Assembly: GCA_946965045.2 (NCBI GenBank)
Contig: OX337237.1
Coordinates: forward strand, 682,001-746,000
Direction: 5' to 3'
Source: Epithemia pelagica
Lineage: Eukaryota > Protista > Bacillariophyta
Length of the DNA stretch: 64,000 nucleotides
The notes beneath the pieces were generated by a model, which worked only from the letters and a program-made list of their open reading frames with translations, was not told where the DNA came from and searched no databases. Every line of letters starts with the position of its first letter. Within the stretch, counting starts at the first letter, position 1. Both the position numbers and the translations under genes were made by a program. Shown here one piece after another: positions 59,850 to 64,000 of this stretch.

Positions 59850-60460
59850 CAACTTCCGGTAACTACACGTGAGTCGCATATTCTCTCCCAAAACCCAACG
59901 GACGAAACCAAAACAAAAGATCGATATTCATACAAAGTACGTATTATGATACCGTAGAATATGATTTACCATTCTCTAGTATGGAACAAACGGGAATGTC
60001 GAAAGGTATGTCGTTGGTATGTTGTTTGTATGTCGTTTGATGTTGTTTGATGTCGTTTGATGTCGTTTGATGTCGTTTTGGGCTCGCGCGCAAACATGGT
60101 TTGCCTCAAAATCCAGCGGTGCTCCTTCAGTTGATGGGCCTACCGTCAATCAGTGACTTGAAACCTTGTGATTTCTCGTGAAGAATCCCATTCGCTGGAG
60201 AGTACATATTCTTTTGGCGATAAAAACATCCGACATCATCCGACATCATCCGACATCCTCCGACATCATCCGACATCATCCGACATCTACCAAATCCTCC
60301 GACATCCGTGACTCTGGATGTTTTCCTCATATTAAAATAATCTGTACCTAGTATGATCATATAAGAGGTATTACTGTGTGAAAATTAAAAATGTTATATC
60401 GTGACGATACTCTGAGTAGTAGAAGGATTACCTATGTTTTGAGTCCATTACCGGAAGTTG
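59850..60460. mobile_element. MITE-2 second copy (611 bp; one extra 10-bp repeat unit)
   Basis: CTG|CAACTTCCGGTAA...TTACCGGAAGTTG|CTG, a perfect 13-bp TIR in this copy. Confidence 0.77.
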
Positions 60461-60485
60461 CTGAATCTACTCCAAATCTTTGTTA

Positions 60486-62511
60486 TTAGTACCCTCGGGC
60501 CGTATGAAATCCATACTCCCGATTGTCGTAGGGTTCCGGCAAGGGTTCCTTGCTCAGGGCTCAGGGCCTGTGTCCAGGGAATGTGTTTTTGAGTTCTGAA
60601 ATCGAGTCAATAGGTTATGGTCCCCTTGAAAACTCGAAAACACAACCTCGAATCCCCCAAATCTTGGCAATCCCCCAACGACCTTGCCAAGATTCTGAAA
60701 TCGAGTTTCGAGTTTCGAGGTTTGCAAAGAGCCCCACGCGCTCCTACAAAACCCACCTTTCAGCCGCCGGGCTCTCTGTCTCTCATTTCGATCTCTCCGA
60801 CAACAACAACGAGGCAATCTCTCTTGTCCATCATAGACAATAGTAGCACAATGATTGATGTGATATAAGTAGGAGCTTCTCTAGAAAATAAGCAAGTATT
60901 ATTAACCTGTCGCTGCCATGGAAGTAATGGTCACAACCACTGTCAATGGTCAAAAGCAAATAATTCTCATCTCTCCATAGATGACATGGTTACAGAACAA
61001 AGCCCGCATCCTGCTCCATGGACGGGCTCTACAAATATTCTACCTTCTCCCGTTATGCAATGTGATATTAGGAATTAGGAGTACTCAAGCGACATTTGTT
61101 TGTCGTCATTGTCAATTGCCGTTGTGCGTTCATGCGCCGGTAGGGGGGAAGCATGGGAGTGCACGAGTATTGAAAAATAAAACTCAAAACTCGAAACTCG
61201 AAAATACAGTTTTTACCTGGACACGTACATCCAGATCGTTGTTTCAAGGTAGGGACAGAGCCCCACCTCAAAACTCGAAACTCGATTTCAGACCTCGAAA
61301 ACACATTCCCTGGACACAGGGCCTCAATTCTTCCGCTTGTGCCTTGACATGAGAAAACATCTGGAATAGTCACAAAACACAAACACACAACAACAAAGAA
61401 AAAGAGAACGTGGCATGTGTCAGAGTGACTTTCTCGTGTGCGCTGTCCGCAACCAACCAACCACAGCGACCACCAAGTGCACACAGATAGGCACAGGATC
61501 GTGCGGACGTACCGGATGACTAAAGTATCGTTCTCCAAAACTGGGCAAGACACAGACGACGGTTTTATTTGCCGATTCCGGTCGTTGGCAGACTTGCAAG
61601 GCGGCCGCAACATTCGCACCCGAACTCACGCCCACGGGCAAGCCTTTGAGCCAGAGTTGTTTGGTCATGTTCATGGCGAGCATGGAATGAATGGGTACCG
61701 CCTCATCAATCAAGTCCAAATCCAATACTTTGGGAATCACACCGGCCCCCATGCCTTGAATGAAATGAGGACCAATCTCTTGCAAGGGTTCTCCTCTCTT
61801 GGCTTGGGTAATCAACATTTGTTCCCGAGGTTCCACGGCAATGGCTTGCAACTTCGGATTCTTGGGAGGACAGTCGTGTTCGGCCGAGCCCTTAATGTAT
61901 TGCGTGACACCGGTCAGTGTGCCACCCGTCCCAACGCCAGCCACAAAAATATCAATGGTTCCCGCCGTATCTCTCCAAATTTCGGGACCCGTCGACTCTC
62001 GATGGGCTTTGGTATTGGCTGGATTGTCAAATTGTCGCAACAAGTAGCCGGTGCCCTTACAATCGGCCACGACTTGTTCGGCCTTGGCCAGGGCTTCGAC
62101 CATGCCAGCCTTTTTGGGCAGAAGGACAACATTGGCACCCAGTGCCAAGAGCATGAGGCGACGTTCCATGGTCACTGATTCCGGCATGACAATGGTACAT
62201 TTATAGTCACGTTCGCGTGCCAACATGGCAATGGAGATGCCCGTATTACCCGACGTGGCTTCCACCAAAGTCGTTTCACCTCGTATAATCAATCCCTTGG
62301 CTTCGGCATCGTCCAACATGGTACGAGCAATCCGATCCTTGACCGAATTACAGGCATTGAAGGCCTCCAATTTGCCCTAGAATTTGCACCCATCGGCGAG
62401 TTTTTCGTCGGAAAAGACGCGATTGCCCAAATCCAACAAGGGCGTTTTGCCAATCAAGTCGGAGGGACAAGAGGCCACATTCAAGGATGTACCGGATTCT
62501 CCATTCATCAT
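60486..62511 (-). pseudogene. cysK: Cysteine synthase B2: premature stop plus MITE-3 in the last exon
   Basis: ATG 62511; TAT-to-TAG at 62377-62379 (codon 45); same MITE insertion as B1. Confidence 0.87.
60564..61323. mobile_element. MITE-3 second copy (760 bp)
   Basis: Same TIRs and TCA flanks as 47785-48553. Confidence 0.85.
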
Positions 62512-62579
62512 TTTAATAGCTGCTGTGTCGGTGGTCGTAGATTTGGTTTCGAATTTCTGATCGGATCAGATTATGAGAG

Positions 62580-62760
62580 GAGCACCCCTAGCATAAAAAA
62601 TTCTGCCTAAAAGTGTCTCAATACCAACACCCCTGGCCTCAAAATTTCTTCCATATCGCCAGCCCGCACACCAAAAGACTGGCCGACTACTAATTTGCTC
62701 GCCCGGCGTCCTTAAATAGAACATTTTTGGTTCCCACTACCACAACTCATTTCATTAGTA
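62580..62760 (+). mobile_element. Left arm of the putative DNA transposon (uninterrupted copy)
   Basis: TIR GAGCACCCCTAGCATA plus subterminal TGGCCTCAAAA (62634) and CAAAAGACTG (62672), both present inverted at 56049-56064. Confidence 0.55.
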
Positions 62761-62952
62761 AAATGTCGTACCGGTATCATCATTTTCTCATGCGGTTATC
62801 GTATCATCTTACGTATCATTGAGCTCCATCCAAGATGGCTCGGCATCGCATTGCAATCAACAATCAACAACAAGACACCCCATGTTCATTCCATCCCAGC
62901 ACCATCGTTGTCTCACAACTAGGAACAAAGCAGTCTCTCCTTCTCCTACATC

Positions 62953-64000
62953 ATGTCGTCGGATTATGAGAATTCCGTTTCAGTGAATCAAATTCCTTTC
63001 TTTGATTGGACGTCACAAGATACCCTACGAATGGGCTCGTTTATTGCGATCCAATTGAAAAACCAGGATCCAAAGACGGTGACCATCGCTCGACTCGAAC
63101 AGCGACAACGCGAAGAAGATTCTCTCGATCCGGATGAACCTGTTGTCACCCACATCCGTCTACGCCTCTTCCCTCCGCTGTTTCCCACCAAGCCTATCGA
63201 TTGTCACCCGCGTATTCCATCTCATTCTATTCCCAAGATCCTCCATGGCTGCGGTTCCCAAAACGTCGAGCTTTACGAATCAAGGGAATGTGTTTGGATC
63301 AATGGCGAGATCCCCGATGACGAAGTCAAAATTCTCTTCCCCGCTTTTGTGTTTTCATTTGAGGAACTTGAGAAATCCGAAAACGGATGGGCCCACGGCA
63401 TCCATAATGTTTACTTTGCCCATTTCTGGCACAACAAGATCTACTCCTACACGGTGCGCGCAGAGAATCGTCTTGACCCTATCCCCAAAGGCACTGTTCT
63501 TGGGTTCATGAACAAGCACCCACTGTACAAACAGCCATCCAACCTAATCATTGCCCGCCGTTGTCAACACCATGCCATATGGGTTGGACTGTTTAGTATC
63601 CAGAAAGCAATCATCAAGATGTTGAATAAACGTGGCATGTCCAGTTCGAGCCGAGAAATTATTTCTCTTAATGTTGGATGCATCCCCTTGGAATGCATCC
63701 AATACATTTACTCCCTATCGAAGTTTGTGTCTCCCATCGACTGCCACCCAGTGACCCTTCGCGACTCCTTTCTTCATGTTGACTCGTCTCTCACTCGTCG
63801 CAAGCTTTCCATGTCCTTTGATGCCGGTGTTCTCCGTTTCAAGTCTATTTCAGACCTCAAGTTACTCCGGTCCATATTTGGACCAAGCTCGACGTATGGC
63901 TCTTCAGAGAAACGTCCTAATCTTTCGGACGGTAGCACTGGGACGACTCTTAAGCGAGGACATCATCTGTCTGTGATCTCCGGCCATGTCAACGACGATG
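62953..64000 (+). CDS. Partial ORF of unknown function (at least 349 aa, runs off right edge), probably carried inside the DNA transposon
   Basis: ATG at 62953 and no stop to 64000: MSSDYENSVSVNQIPFFDW...LFPAFVFSFEELEKSENGWAHGIHNVYFAHFW...LRSIFGPSSTYGSSEKRP...; absent from the ORF track. Confidence 0.75.
   Translation, partial: MSSDYENSVSVNQIPFFDWTSQDTLRMGSFIAIQLKNQDPKTVTIARLEQRQREEDSLDPDEPVVTHIRLRLFPPLFPTKPIDCHPRIPSHSIPKILHGCGSQNVELYESRECVWINGEIPDDEVKILFPAFVFSFEELEKSENGWAHGIHNVYFAHFWHNKIYSYTVRAENRLDPIPKGTVLGFMNKHPLYKQPSNLIIARRCQHHAIWVGLFSIQKAIIKMLNKRGMSSSSREIISLNVGCIPLECIQYIYSLSKFVSPIDCHPVTLRDSFLHVDSSLTRRKLSMSFDAGVLRFKSISDLKLLRSIFGPSSTYGSSEKRPNLSDGSTGTTLKRGHHLSVISGHVNDD

Larger units (their letters stand above)
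59193..62620. repeat. Segmental duplication copy 2
   Basis: Near-identical to 46424-49850. Confidence 0.93.

Noticed and set aside
1-64000. tRNA, rRNA, telomeric repeats or a bacterial-type operon
   Set aside because: None recognisable by eye; spliceosomal introns and LTR/TIR elements indicate nuclear eukaryotic DNA. A tRNAscan/Infernal run would be needed to exclude small RNAs.

Overview
Eukaryotic, intron-containing DNA that is most likely from a diatom (inference from a diatom-type copia gag, short GT-AG introns and CAA microsatellites). The first 16 kb hold ordinary genes: a membrane protein, PP2C, an intact DUF4246 gene, a Golgi-type sulfotransferase and an SDR. From ~3 to 37 kb there is a birth-and-death array with eight divergent Kelch beta-propeller genes (six with uninterrupted ORFs), interleaved with five decayed DUF4246 pieces, GT10 fucosyltransferase fragments and relics of a cysteine synthase last exon; one 2.1-kb block is inverted. 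From 37 to 64 kb the window is rich in mobile DNA: a young Ty1/copia element, three different TIR MITEs, a truncated copia gag, and a duplicated pair of cysteine synthase genes. The most notable item is a decayed ~1340-codon transposase with RAG1/Transib-like core motifs (51529-55651). Its apparent terminal inverted repeat recurs at 62580, ahead of a long uncharacterised ORF that runs off the window end, which suggests a two-gene DNA transposon with convergent genes. All homology calls are by eye from motifs; no searches were run.
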